Positions 11,530 to 22,500 of a stretch of 64,000 bases of DNA are shown here, one piece after another. The notes under the pieces are model-generated. The model did no database searches, was not told the DNA's origin, and saw only the letters and a list, made by a program, of their open reading frames with translations. This stretch comes from Octopus sinensis (Eukaryota), in the NCBI RefSeq assembly GCF_006345805.1, contig NC_043002.1, positions 65,844,001-65,908,000 of the forward strand, given 5' to 3'. The translations under genes were made by a program, and so were the position numbers. The stretch's first letter is position 1. The number at the start of each line of letters is the position of its first letter.

Positions 11530-12732
11530 ATGGGCACGCGTACTGCACCATCTTTTGCCAACCTAGTGATGGGATACCTCGAGAAAATACTATACCGGAT
11601 GACACTCGAGAAATATGGAAACACCTTCGCCACCTATATCCATAACAACTGGAAAAGATACCTCGATGACTGTTTCATCATCTGGGACAAAGGCATAGAG
11701 AAACTTGAGGAATTTAAAATTCTATTAAATGGAATAAATGACAATATACAATTCACGATGGACCACAACGAAAAAGAATTACCATTTTTAGACATCCTCA
11801 TTAAGATAACCGGCAACAAAATAGAGACAGATATCTACTATAAACCGACAGACTCTAAACAGTACCTACCCTTTGATTCGTGCCACCCACGACACACTAG
11901 AATGAATGTCCCTTTTTGTTTAGCTAGAAGGATTTGCACCATAATATCAGACACAAACACCCGACACACACGTCTCCAGGAACTTAGAACCACACTCACA
12001 AATAGAAACTATCCACAGCCCCTAATAGACAGTGCAATCCAACGGGTACTTAAATTAAGTATAGAAGACCTGAGACGAACAAAACCAAAAAAGAAAGAAC
12101 AATTAAAAACCCTTCCCTACATCTCTACACACAACCCACTCAACAATGAGGCCTTCAACACCATACTACAAAGCACAGCCCTACTAAAGGGAGACCCAAA
12201 GATGAACAGGATCCTCGAAACACACACCATCATTAAAAGTAAACGGCAACCAAAATCCTTGAAAAGGATTTTAACCCAAGCTACACTGCACTCAACATCA
12301 ACCACAAAACCAGCAGTTAGAAAATGTGGAAGGCCCAACTGCGGAATCTGTGTCATCTTGAAAGAAGGATCAGAATTTATACTGGAACAAGGCCACCAGT
12401 TCACCATTAGAACAAACTTCACCTGCGCATCAGAAAACTTAATTTACGTCATAACATGCGCAGGCTGCAATAGGCAGTATATAGGCCATACAAAAAATAG
12501 CTTACGTAACAGGATGGCGGTGCATAAATCACAAATTAGAAACCCTGATTACCGCAAAATACCGGTCAGCGGACACATAGATAGATGTGCTGGAAATGTA
12601 AATCCGAAATTTACAACTAACCCGCTCTATAAATTCAGTGACAACGCAACCTTCACACAACGCCAAAATAAAGAACTATATTTCATAAAAAAATTTAGAC
12701 CAAGTTTAAACACCCTGGGCCAGGAATACTAA
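11530..12732 (+). CDS. PLE reverse transcriptase (C-terminal half) plus GIY-YIG endonuclease
   Basis: GTAMGT, WKRYLDDCF, LPFLDI, KCGRPNCGIC linker, NLIYVITCAGCNRQYIG, R..VH, SGH; frameshifted upstream part 11222-11529 contains SFDVVNLYSNIP. Confidence 0.9.
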   Translation: MGTRTAPSFANLVMGYLEKILYRMTLEKYGNTFATYIHNNWKRYLDDCFIIWDKGIEKLEEFKILLNGINDNIQFTMDHNEKELPFLDILIKITGNKIETDIYYKPTDSKQYLPFDSCHPRHTRMNVPFCLARRICTIISDTNTRHTRLQELRTTLTNRNYPQPLIDSAIQRVLKLSIEDLRRTKPKKKEQLKTLPYISTHNPLNNEAFNTILQSTALLKGDPKMNRILETHTIIKSKRQPKSLKRILTQATLHSTSTTKPAVRKCGRPNCGICVILKEGSEFILEQGHQFTIRTNFTCASENLIYVITCAGCNRQYIGHTKNSLRNRMAVHKSQIRNPDYRKIPVSGHIDRCAGNVNPKFTTNPLYKFSDNATFTQRQNKELYFIKKFRPSLNTLGQEY

Positions 12733-12917
12733 AACAAAAGATAAGTCCTCCGAAAAGGAGAACCAAATTTCACCACGGCCACTACTTCAAACAGACACTC
12801 ACTCTGACGGAAATATGCCTTAGAAAAAAAAAAAAAAAAAAAAAAAAGGGAAAAAAATTCTTTCGTGCAAATCTGACCCTGATACATACGATACAGCTAA
12901 GGGTCAGACCCGATTCT

Positions 12918-13312
12918 GATTGGTCAACAAGTTGATGACGTCTAGCTCTGCTAGAATGGACAGGATACAACAGGGGACAGTCATTAGTCAGAATATTGAT
13001 GACGTCCTTTTCTGCTTGAATAGTCACCTAACAAGTACAGACAGGGGGCAGATCTAATGTAGCTATAAGTCGTGATTGGGCAGAATCTGGATGACATCCC
13101 GCTATGCTTGACTAACGAAGCGACTGGTCAAGACAGGAAACAAACAAGAGGGAGTTATAATGCAGCGATTGGTCAAAATAATGATGACGTCCCGTTCCAC
13201 TTGATTAAAGCCACCTAACGAAACGATTGGTCAAAACATTGATGACGTCACGCTACGCTAGATTGACCACCTAACAGGCATTATAAAACCAAGCATTTCA
13301 CAAAAAATCACT
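12918..13312 (+). promoter_or_regulatory. Putative Pol II promoter in the PLE pseudo-LTR: 5x (reverse CCAAT + CRE-like) modules, TATA, Inr
   Basis: gattggtca-type motif at 12918, 12982, 13074, 13167 and 13225, each followed 15 nt later by tgatgacgtc-type motif; TATAAAA at 13282; tcact at 13308. Confidence 0.65.
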
Positions 13313-13497
13313 AGAACCACCCAGCGAACTTCCACCATAGGTCATCACAATTGCTTAAGGTAAAAATGAATTCCTCGCTCTTTCGGAAACATCAATCTTC
13401 TGTATTGACCGCTTTCCACCACTTTGATCTGTTTTTTGTATTGAATACGTATCGCCACCGTGGGCCACTGCATCGAACACTTTGAACATATACTTCA

Positions 13498-13567
13498 AAC
13501 TATATATCAACTATACATGAACTATATATCAACTATACATGAACTATATATCAACTATACATGAACT
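13498..13567. repeat. 22-bp tandem repeat x3 (two 11-mers)
   Basis: aactatatatcaactatacatg repeated three times. Confidence 0.9.
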
Positions 13568-13633
13568 CTAAGATGTCTGACTCCGTTGTGTATTATAAAT
13601 GAATTTCTTGTGTTTGACGGTATGAGCTGTCTC

Positions 13634-13704
13634 TTTTTATATATAACTTTTTTTGATAAGGTTCATTTCAGGAACTGAAACATGTTATAATGTATATATA
13701 AAAA
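13634..13704 (+). ncRNA. Type I hammerhead motif, U3:A8 variant, at the PLE 3' end
   Basis: TTGATAA-GGTTC atttcag GAACT-GAAA-CATG-TT; palindromic stem III; distal stem I tttttatatata/tatatataaaaa; proximal stem I imperfect. Confidence 0.6.
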
Positions 13705-13798
13705 TTAAAAATTGTATAATACAGCAGCATTTTCGAACTTCATTTTTTACAAATATATATATATATATATACTTTATTTAAAGCAGCAGAAAATTCAA

Positions 13799-13848
13799 CA
13801 AAATCTGTTACTCTGAGTTTCTCGTTGCCGTTCATCAGACAGTTTTTG
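13799..13848 (-). ncRNA. Type I hammerhead ribozyme, canonical core
   Basis: caaaaactgt-CTGATGA-acggcaacga-GAAA-CTCAGAG-TA-acagattttg; 10-bp stem I with one mismatch; element sits between (TA)n tracts. Confidence 0.8.
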
Positions 13849-13849
13849 C

Positions 13850-13895
<46 letters not shown>

Positions 13896-14289
13896 GATCG
13901 AACGGTCGAAAATTGCAGTACACAAGAAATAAAAAGGAAAATATTCAAATGATAAACAAAAAATACATCCCGAAATAGTTTTCCGGGAACATGAATTACA
14001 ACAATTCATGAGATACGATTTGGATTTGAAGAGTCTAGTGATGATCTGTTTTGGAAAGATTTTTGAAAGCCCAGTCAACGGAGAAACCTGTGTGTGATCT
14101 TTGATGAAATATTTAACGTTTTTGAAAGTGTCAGTTTTTGAGAGGCGGAAAACGAAAAACTTTGTATGACATGTAATGAGAAAGTGGGTGATCAAGAGAG
14201 CAGCGTAGCAGACGACTTTCTGGGAGGTCATCATTCTTACCCTGTAATATTTTTATTATTCTTAGCGTTGCTGTTGTGAGGAGGAATAA

Positions 14290-14895
14290 TTTATTCTTTC
14301 ATTGGCCACAGGGGCTCACATACAAAACATTAAAGACATGCAACAACATAAAAGACAAAAACAGGACGATACAATGCGTTTTCGTGTGTATACAATGTAA
14401 AAACAAAAAAGTTGAACAAATTAAACTCCCAACAGGGGAGGCGCTTTAAGGTCCTCGTGGAAAAACCCACAAAAGCCACGGGTGCCTGAACATCAGGGCA
14501 AGAGCCCTTCTTTGATTCCCTTTTTGCAGGTGAACGCTCAGAATTGGTCCTTTCGCACTGACCATTCTTCCAACATTGACCCACCTTTCAACAAACTTGC
14601 TACAAACAACACTTCCCTCTCCACCCTCAACTTCCTTTTCAGGTGAAACTTGAAAAAGTTGATGAGGGCTTAGCCAAGGAAGAAACAGTCTGTCTTTAGC
14701 CCTTTCAAACGCTTCCACCATACTACCTCTTTCGCTACAGCCACTAAACAAATAAAAACTTCCTGCTCCTCCCGGCCAAAAGAGGGCGGCGGTGCAATCC
14801 TCACAATGGATTCAGCTGATAGCCGGATCCGTCCCACACGCGACAGCAGGTGAAAATTATTAAGGAATCTGATTTCTAACAAAAATGGAGAAGAT
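14290..14895 (-). mobile_element. L1/Tx1-like LINE 3' fragment
   Basis: Frameshifted EVFICLVAVAKEVVWWKRLKGLKTD..ALINFFKFHLKRKLRVERE..KFVERWVNV..ILSVHL, then 3'UTR with AATAAA. Confidence 0.5.
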
Positions 14896-15044
14896 TGAAA
14901 TGGAAACTTCGTTCACTATTCAACTTCTCTCACTATTCAAGGATACATCCTCGTGCTGGGGTGAGAGTAGGCATAGAGACAGTGAGGGTGGTGACGAAGA
15001 CAGAGAAAGAGGGAGAGAGAGAGAGAGTGAGAGAGAGTGAGAGA

Positions 15045-15047
15045 GAG

Positions 15048-15114
<67 letters not shown>

Positions 15115-15115
15115 G
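15045..15115. repeat. (GAAA)n microsatellite
   Basis: Direct reading. Confidence 0.95.
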
Positions 15116-15408
15116 AGGAGAAAGAAAAAGAGAGGGAGAGAAAGAGAGCGAGAGTTGATGTTTTATTAAAATAGTAGTGTTGATGGTGGAAATGGGAGTA
15201 ATAATAAAAGAGAGAGAGGGGGTATGTGAGAGAAAGATGGAGATGGTGTACAACTTCCCTGGGCAGAAATTCCTGTGGCCAGCATACTGAACCAACTACT
15301 GAACACTATCATTTTTGTTTTCCTTTTTCCTTTCTTTAATACATACATATATGTGTATGCTTGTGCTTGTGTGTACATATATACATACACACACACATAC
15401 ACACACGC

Positions 15409-15441
<33 letters not shown>

Positions 15442-15769
15442 ATACAAAATGAGAAAATGGAGAAATATATCTAAATCAACCCCTATCTCATTTTATAATA
15501 TATATATATAATACACTTTAATTGAAATACAGTTTCTCCAAAATTAATCACATCTGATATAATAAATGTGAAATGTCAGCGTGTCATACTTTTTCAACTT
15601 TACTCCTAGAGGCCTTAGCCCAGCATATCATACTATTTTGGAATCAACTTGACTCCGTGAGTAAATTAAAAACATTGCGGCCCTAATCCAGGCCTGCAAT
15701 CCTGAAATTTTTGATTCCTATGTTTTCATTACTGCAATTGTTTTCGGCGATTTTTTACATGATTTTTAG

Positions 15770-15860
15770 CGACGAATATGACCATCATTGAGAATATAGC
15801 TGGAGGAAGCAATTGCAACAAATTCTCCAAAACAAGTCAGAGATCTGTTTGCAGGTCTTC
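15770..15860 (+). mobile_element. Helitron RepHel fragment
   Basis: LEEAIATNSPKQVRDLFA resembles the Helitron Rep-helicase linker. Confidence 0.45.
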
Positions 15861-16171
15861 CCATTCGGTGTTAGTTGCTTAAAAGTTACATACTAGCGAA
15901 AAGCTGCCTGATAAGATTCTGTTAAAAAAGGAATAGAGTACAATATTATAAAGCTCGTTCACCTTCAATCCAGTAGTAGTATTATACGTTCTTCAGGTTT
16001 GCGTTTGGGCATCTGTCGTGTATGAAGAGATAACTGATTACTGAAAATGTCCAACCGTACAAGGAGTACGGTTGGACATTTATTTCTTAATCACTACAAT
16101 TGTTTCCACGCAATGTAGTTCTCCAGGTGAGCATTTTTCATTTTATTTCATTTGATACATATATATATATA

Positions 16172-16341
16172 GGCACAGGGGTGGCTGTGTGGTAAGAAGC
16201 TTGCTTCCCAACCACATTGTTCTGGGTTCGGTCCCACTGCGTGGCACCTTGGGCAAGTGTCTTCTACGATAGCCTCAGGCCGACCAAAGCCTTGTGAGTG
16301 GATTTGGTAGACGGAAACAGAAAGAAGTCTGTTATATATAC

Positions 16342-16409
<68 letters not shown>

Positions 16410-16562
16410 TTGTGTATCTGACAACGGCAGTTCGGCATAAGAAATCGATAGAATAAGTACTAGGCTTACAAAGAATAAGTCCTGGTGGTCGATTACTTCG
16501 ACTAAAGGCGGTACTCCAGCATGACCGCAGTCAAATAACTGAAATAAATACAATAATAAAAG
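16172..16562 (+). mobile_element. SINE family A, full length
   Basis: Head gtggctgtgtggtaagaagc..gggttcggtccc, internal (TG)n, tail ..ggtcgattacttcgactaaaggcgg.. Confidence 0.9.
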
Positions 16563-16570
16563 TATATATA

Positions 16571-16738
16571 CGACGAGCTTCTTTTAGCTTCCGTCTATCA
16601 AATCCACTCACGAGGCTATGGTGGGGCCGAAGCTACGGTAGAAGAAGACATTTTTCCCAAGGGGCGATGCAATGGGACCGAACTAGGAACCACATGATTG
16701 TGAAACAAGCTTTTTACCACGCAGCCCCGCCTGCACCT
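16571..16738 (-). mobile_element. SINE family A head, diverged
   Basis: Reverse-complement match to the family A 5' half. Confidence 0.75.
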
Positions 16739-16852
16739 CTGTATGTTTATTTACAAGGTATACCTTACATTTCAAATTATACACACGTGTCTGTGGGCGT
16801 GCCTCCGTGTAAGTATGTGCATATATATGTATGTGCGTGTGTATGTGCGCGC

Positions 16853-16902
<50 letters not shown>

Positions 16903-17271
16903 GTGCGTGCTGGTGGCGTTGTTAATGTATACATATGGTGTAAACCTGCGAAGTAAGACCAAACAAAGCTGGAAGCCATTTTACCCTCCACACTGTCCCT
17001 CTTTTCACTGTTTTGCTACCTACTGTACAGACGCTGGTCTGAATCTTCCAATGTGGAATTGGATCAGATTGATGCAATTTTCTTTATTATTGCTTGGCGA
17101 TGTCATTGTTGTTGTTGTTGTCGTTGTTATTGTTATTGTTACTCTTCCATCTCTTTTTTTTACCTTTTCGTTCTTCATTTTTCTTTTCCTTCTTTTACAA
17201 CAAATATGTCTGCCAAAATTTCATTTCGCTTGGCTAGAGTTGTGGTGATGACCTTCAATTATAGTTGGTGA

Positions 17272-17276
<5 letters not shown>

Positions 17277-17345
<69 letters not shown>

Positions 17346-17468
17346 AAGGTTGTTGTAACAATAAAGGTAGAAGCTGGTGGTCTTGCATTTGTTGTTGTTG
17401 CTGTTAGCATTGGTTCAAACATTTGTTGTTATTACTGTGTTGTTTCTGCTTTTGATATTATTGTTATC

Positions 17469-17500
<32 letters not shown>

Positions 17501-17645
17501 GTTAATATTGTCGGGTTTCTTTTGTTTTGTTTTGTTTTTGTTTTTTGTTTTTTGTAGAATGTTTTTCCGATAGCACGTTTGGCTATCTGAGTCCTCTTGT
17601 CCTTCAAATAAACCAAATGAAGGCAGCAGCAGTAACAACAACAAC

Positions 17646-17688
<43 letters not shown>

Positions 17689-17755
17689 ACAGCAGCAGCA
17701 GTAGTAGCAGCAGCAATAGTAGTAGTAGTGTCAGCGGCAGCAGTAGCAGCAGTGT

Positions 17756-17808
<53 letters not shown>
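17277..17808. repeat. Compound trinucleotide microsatellites (GTA)n, (TTA)n, (GCA)n
   Basis: Direct reading; source of the poly-V, poly-L and poly-T ORFs. Confidence 0.9.
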
Positions 17809-18546
17809 TGATAATGACCATGATGATGGTTGAGGATAGTATTGGTGGTGGTTGTGGTGGTGGCGAGACGGTCATGCCAGTGATAGTGGCGGTTATGTTT
17901 GTAGAACTGATAATTACGGCTTGTGGCAGGCAAGGCATATAACCGAAGTTGTGGTGGTCATTATGAGGAGAGCGGGAGAAGGGGAAGATTTTTTTTAGTC
18001 GTAGTGATTAGGGAAAATGGTGGTGGCGGCAGAGGAGGATGGTGGCGGAGGGTGCTCGTAGTTGTGGTAGTGGTAGCTTAAGTTACGATAATGATTATGA
18101 TGGTAGTGGTGGTGGTGTTGGTGGTGGTGGTGCAGAGCTGAAAATGATGTGATGATGTTGACGATGATGATGATGATGATAGTGGTGGTTTCAATGATAG
18201 TGGTGATGGCGATGTTGCGATAATTGCTGGTAACAGAGGTTGAGTTAATAGCGAAGAGGAGGAGAGAGAGTAATAGAGAGAGTAATAGAGAGAGTAAAAG
18301 AGTGAGGTGGTGATGGTGGTAGCGGTCTTTAATGTTGATTTTGATTGTAAGGATGATACAAGTGATGGCGGTGGTGGTGATAATGATGGTGGTGAGGGCA
18401 ATTATAGGTATGGTAGGGTTGAGGAAAGCATGACTGAGTCCCTCTGTGTGTGTGTCTGTGTGTGTGTGCGCGCGCGCGTGTGTGCGTATGTGTACATATG
18501 TGTTGTATGTTTGTGTGGCATAATATTTTAGCTTTTGTGTATCAAA

Positions 18547-18972
18547 GTGGTTGTGTGGTAAGAAGCGTGCTTCCCGACCATATGGTTCCGGGTTCAGTCC
18601 CACTGCGTGGCACCTTGGGCAAGTGTCTTCTACTATAGCCTCGAGCCGACCAAAGCCTTGTGAGTGGATTTGGTAGACAGAAACTGAAAGGCGCCCGTCG
18701 TGTATATATACAACAAATGTGTGTTTACGTGTGTGTGTGTGGGGGGGGGGGAAGTGCCTGTGTCTTTGTGTCTATGTTTATCCCCTCATCACCGCTTGAC
18801 AACCAGTGTTGGTATGTTTGCGTTCCCGTAACTTAGTGGTTCGGCAAAAGAGTCCGATAGAATAAGTACTGGGCTTTTTTAAAAAGCCCTGGGGTCGATT
18901 TGTTCGACTAAAACTCTTCAAGGCTGCAGTCAAATGACTGGAATAAGTAAAAGAATAAAAGAATAAAAGAAT
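18547..18972 (+). mobile_element. SINE family A, full length
   Basis: Same head, internal microsatellite and tail; (AAAAGAAT)n-like end. Confidence 0.9.
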
Positions 18973-19209
18973 ATATTAGTTGTTCCAGTTATGATCAGCG
19001 ACCATGCTGGGGCACAGAATTGGAGAATCTTAGTCGAACGAATCGACCCTAGTACCAATTTATTCTATCAGTCTCTTTTGCCGAACCACTAAGTTACAGG
19101 AACGTAAACAAACTAACACCAGTTGTCAAGCGGTGGGGTGGGGAACAGAGACAAACACAGACCTCAAAGACACATATTTAAAAGCTTTTGTGGCAATTAC
19201 TTAAGTCGC

Positions 19210-21080
19210 AATAATTAAATAACGATACTCTTTAAATTATTAACTATTTAAAACCCTTTCATTTAACAGAATGTCACTAATCTTTGTGGAAGAAGTTTGC
19301 GTATGCTGTGTATTGTATGTCTAGTGTGTGTTTTGTATGTTTGTGCTTTCGTTTTTCAACTTTTCAAACACACGTGTTCTGGGCAATGCGTATAGAGGAA
19401 GTTTCTTTTTAGTAATGGTGCTGACTATTTCGGGTTTAGTTTCAGATTTAGAATTTTTATAAAGTATTCTTTTTCTGTCTTTCAGAGTTAATCATTTTCA
19501 TATTTTATTTAGTAAAAGTTTGGTTCCTAGTTTCATGACAAATGACATGGACTTCCTAAACCATATTCAAGAAATAAGATATAAAGCGATGATTCTAGTT
19601 AGCTTTGATGAAATCATCCCCCACATAAATATCCTCCATGGATTAGGATTAGAAATAGTAGAATTCTGGATAGACAAATACCTACAAAGAATTCAGAAGA
19701 AATTCCCAGAATAGTTTATACTTGAAGGATTGCGATAAGTACTGGAAAAGAGCTACTTTTTTGATAACCAATATAACCAACAAATATAAGGCACAGCAAT
19801 GGTGACGAAAACCACACCGACGTTTGCAACACTAGTAACAGGATATCTGGAAGAAAAAAATCTATACCCTATCTAGAATTACAGTTAATCATCATTTCCA
19901 AACTTATCTAATAGGAAACTAGAAAAGTTTCCCGGATGACTGCTTCATGTTTTGGAACAAAAGTAAGGTGGGCGTTACAAGATTCTTTAAATTAATAAAC
20001 AGCATTTATGAATTGACACAGTTCACTATGCAAATTAATGAAAGGTTACTCCTTTTTCTGAACATTCTAATAATTAAAGAAAATAGGACAGTTACTGCCG
20101 ATCTCTACAGCAAGGACATAAACAACTGTATTTAGATTTCAGATCTTGTCACGCTTCCAGTACAAAAAGAAACATACCATTCAACATGGCAAGACAAATA
20201 GACGAGAGAAATTACTGGTAGAACAAAATATGTTCCTTAAAAAACAGAAATATCCTAACAGGCTAATAAATCATGCCGTAACCAAGGCAAAAGAAATCCC
20301 GGAGAAAAACTCACACGGGGCACCAAAATAAAAATGCAAATATAAATATTCCTTGTGTAGTCAGCCATAATCCTAGGAACTACAACATCCGACATTTGGC
20401 CAAACGATATTGCCCAATTCTACATCAATCATCAAATCTCCAACAGACAATTAGAAGACCGCAAATCATTAACAGCTGAAGACAACCACCAAATCTCGAA
20501 AAAAACTCCAAACACATCGGAGAAAGAAATAATGCAGGTAACAAGATGTGGAGACTTTCGTTGTTGGGGTGTGAAATAAGTGAACAAGGAACAACAGAAT
20601 GGTTCAAAAGAGGGAAAGAATGAATTGCAAAGCGAAAAATCTTATCTACTGCTTCAGATGCCCACAACGCAACGAGAATTACATTGAGAAAACAGAGACA
20701 AAACTAAACATCCGCGTAAATGTGCATAAATACCAAGTTAACGATTCATGTCTTAGAAATGCTCTATGTAGTAAACATGTAGACATTTGTGCGAATGAAA
20801 AATCTAACACACTCTCCTTTTACAAATTAGAAGATGAAAATTATCGACTACGAAAGACAAAAGAACAACTCTTTATAAGAATTCTAAATTCGAAACTAAA
20901 CCGGATATAGTCAGCACCATTACAAAAAAACAAGTTCCTTAATACGCATTAGTCTAGAATACGTGCGTTTGGAAAGTTGAACAAGGAAAGCGCGAACACA
21001 AAACACACGCAATACGCAAACTTCCTCCACAAAGATCACTGACATTTTGTCAAATAAAAGTTTTTTCTGTAGTTAATAAG
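19210..21080 (+). mobile_element. Degraded PLE with an inverted copy of its 3' end at the 5' side
   Basis: RT fragments (ILVSFDEIIPHINI, LLFLNILI), GIY-YIG relic KNLIYCFRCPQRNENYIE (ORF 20599-20910); 19210-19512 is the reverse complement of ~20810-21080. Confidence 0.8.
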
Positions 21081-21097
21081 TTTAAAAAATCTTTTTT

Positions 21098-21386
21098 TGT
21101 AGAGGAAATTGAAAATGCAAGTCATAGGCAGTCAAACAGATTCCCGAATGCATAAATGAAGATATTCAATGAATGTAATTGAATCATATATATTTATACG
21201 CATCAATATAAATCCTCCATGTACAGGTGTAAGGATTCTCCAATGGTATAAAGAATAAAACTAAACATACATAAAAATATTGAAGAAATATAAAAACATA
21301 TAAAAATACGTATAAATTTACGCATAAAGATTACATGTAAAATGATTGACCGCCTATGACTTGCGTTTTCAATCTCCTCTACACTG
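21098..21386. mobile_element. Tc1-like MITE, left end clipped
   Basis: 38-bp inverted repeat 21098-21135 / 21346-21383 with 3 mismatches; right end cactg|ta. Confidence 0.65.
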
Positions 21387-21620
21387 TATTTTTTCGCATT
21401 GGCTCTCTATGAACACTCCATAAATAACCCATACTTTCTATAACATACCTCATATATATATATTTATATACATATATGATGAGTTTCTTTCAGTGTCCGA
21501 TTGCCAAATCCACTCACCAGGCTTTGGTCGGCCGGAAGTTATTGCAGAATACACTTACCCAAGATTCAAAGCAGAGAGACTGAACCCAGAGACATGCGAT
21601 TGGCATGCACACACTTTACA

Positions 21621-22216
21621 TAGTTTTAATATATTCTTTTAATATATGTTATATTGTATTTGTCGACCGGTTTCGCTTTCGCTAATTATGACAAGAGAAC
21701 CACTGTACATAAAGAGCAGATCTGGTTACTGCAATAGAGACAGATTCCTTTAAGTTATCACATAGAGAGAATGTGCAGGTAACATCCAACCAAATCTCCA
21801 TCTACCAGTGCAAAGATACAATTTCGATACATGAACATTTAAATACAGAAAACTTATTCATCGAAAAATACAGAACGCGTCTAAATATGCACGCATAACC
21901 AACTTTGATCTCTATACATATTTTAATTCAGGATTACATACTCAACACTCTACATATTTCTCCCCACTACTGTAGCTTTTGAATTTTTGTGTATATCCTC
22001 CCTCCCGCTACTGAAAGATGAAAAATTATCTCCCCTGTCTACAATAATAACGATCACTAATTATCACTAATTAACTCCTCTAATACTTTTCTACACAACA
22101 TGGAAAAAGTTTTTCTTAAGAAAATACGTAATTCAAATGATTTTAATCATGAATAGCAAAAGTGAAACCGGTCGATAAACACATTATAAAATATATTTTA
22201 AAATATATCAAAACTA
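21621..22216. mobile_element. Fold-back element with HHR-like motifs in both ~70 bp arms
   Basis: Arms 21621-21691 and 22147-22216 are inverted; each contains GAAACCGGTC. Confidence 0.7.
22142..22179 (+). ncRNA. Minimal hammerhead motif, A3:U8 variant
   Basis: tttaatc-ATGAATA-gc aaaa gt-GAAA-CCGG-TC-gataaa; mirror copy at 21660-21694 (-) ttgtc-ATAATTA-gc gaaa gc-GAAACCGGTC-gacaa. Confidence 0.55.
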
Positions 22217-22309
22217 TATAAAGTATGTGCATTTTCGTTCTTTAATTTCTTATATATATTACAACTCACTACTTGGGGTTAATCGAAATTCCTCACTTTC
22301 TGTTACGTA

Positions 22310-22500
22310 TATATATGTATATATGTATGCATGAATGTATGTATGCATGTATGTATGTATGTATGTATGTATGTATGTATTTATGTAAGTATGTATGTAT
22401 GTACTAATGTATGTATGCATGCATACATGTATTGTTCTTGTATGTATGTATGTATGTATGTATGTATGTATGTATGTATGTATGTATGTATGTATGTACG
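22310..22500. repeat. (TATG)n microsatellite
   Basis: Direct reading. Confidence 0.95.

Larger units (their letters stand above)
11222..13730 (+). mobile_element. Penelope-like retroelement (Neptune-like), 5'-truncated at (TA)n, with pseudo-LTR region
   Basis: RT plus C-terminal GIY-YIG; ~1 kb 3' region with promoter array and HHR; both ends abut (TA)n. Confidence 0.9.

Noticed and set aside
11530-12732. Selenocysteine-recoded or permuted (Naiad-type) PLE
   Set aside because: The endonuclease is C-terminal, and there is no in-frame TGA in the ORF
12918-13250. Repeat-spacer pattern resembling a CRISPR array (also the 20-, 22- and 30-bp repeats)
   Set aside because: Eukaryotic context, irregular spacer lengths, degenerate repeats and no cas genes
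15998-16127. Apparent exon ttcag| ... cag|gtgagc
   Set aside because: Stops in all three frames
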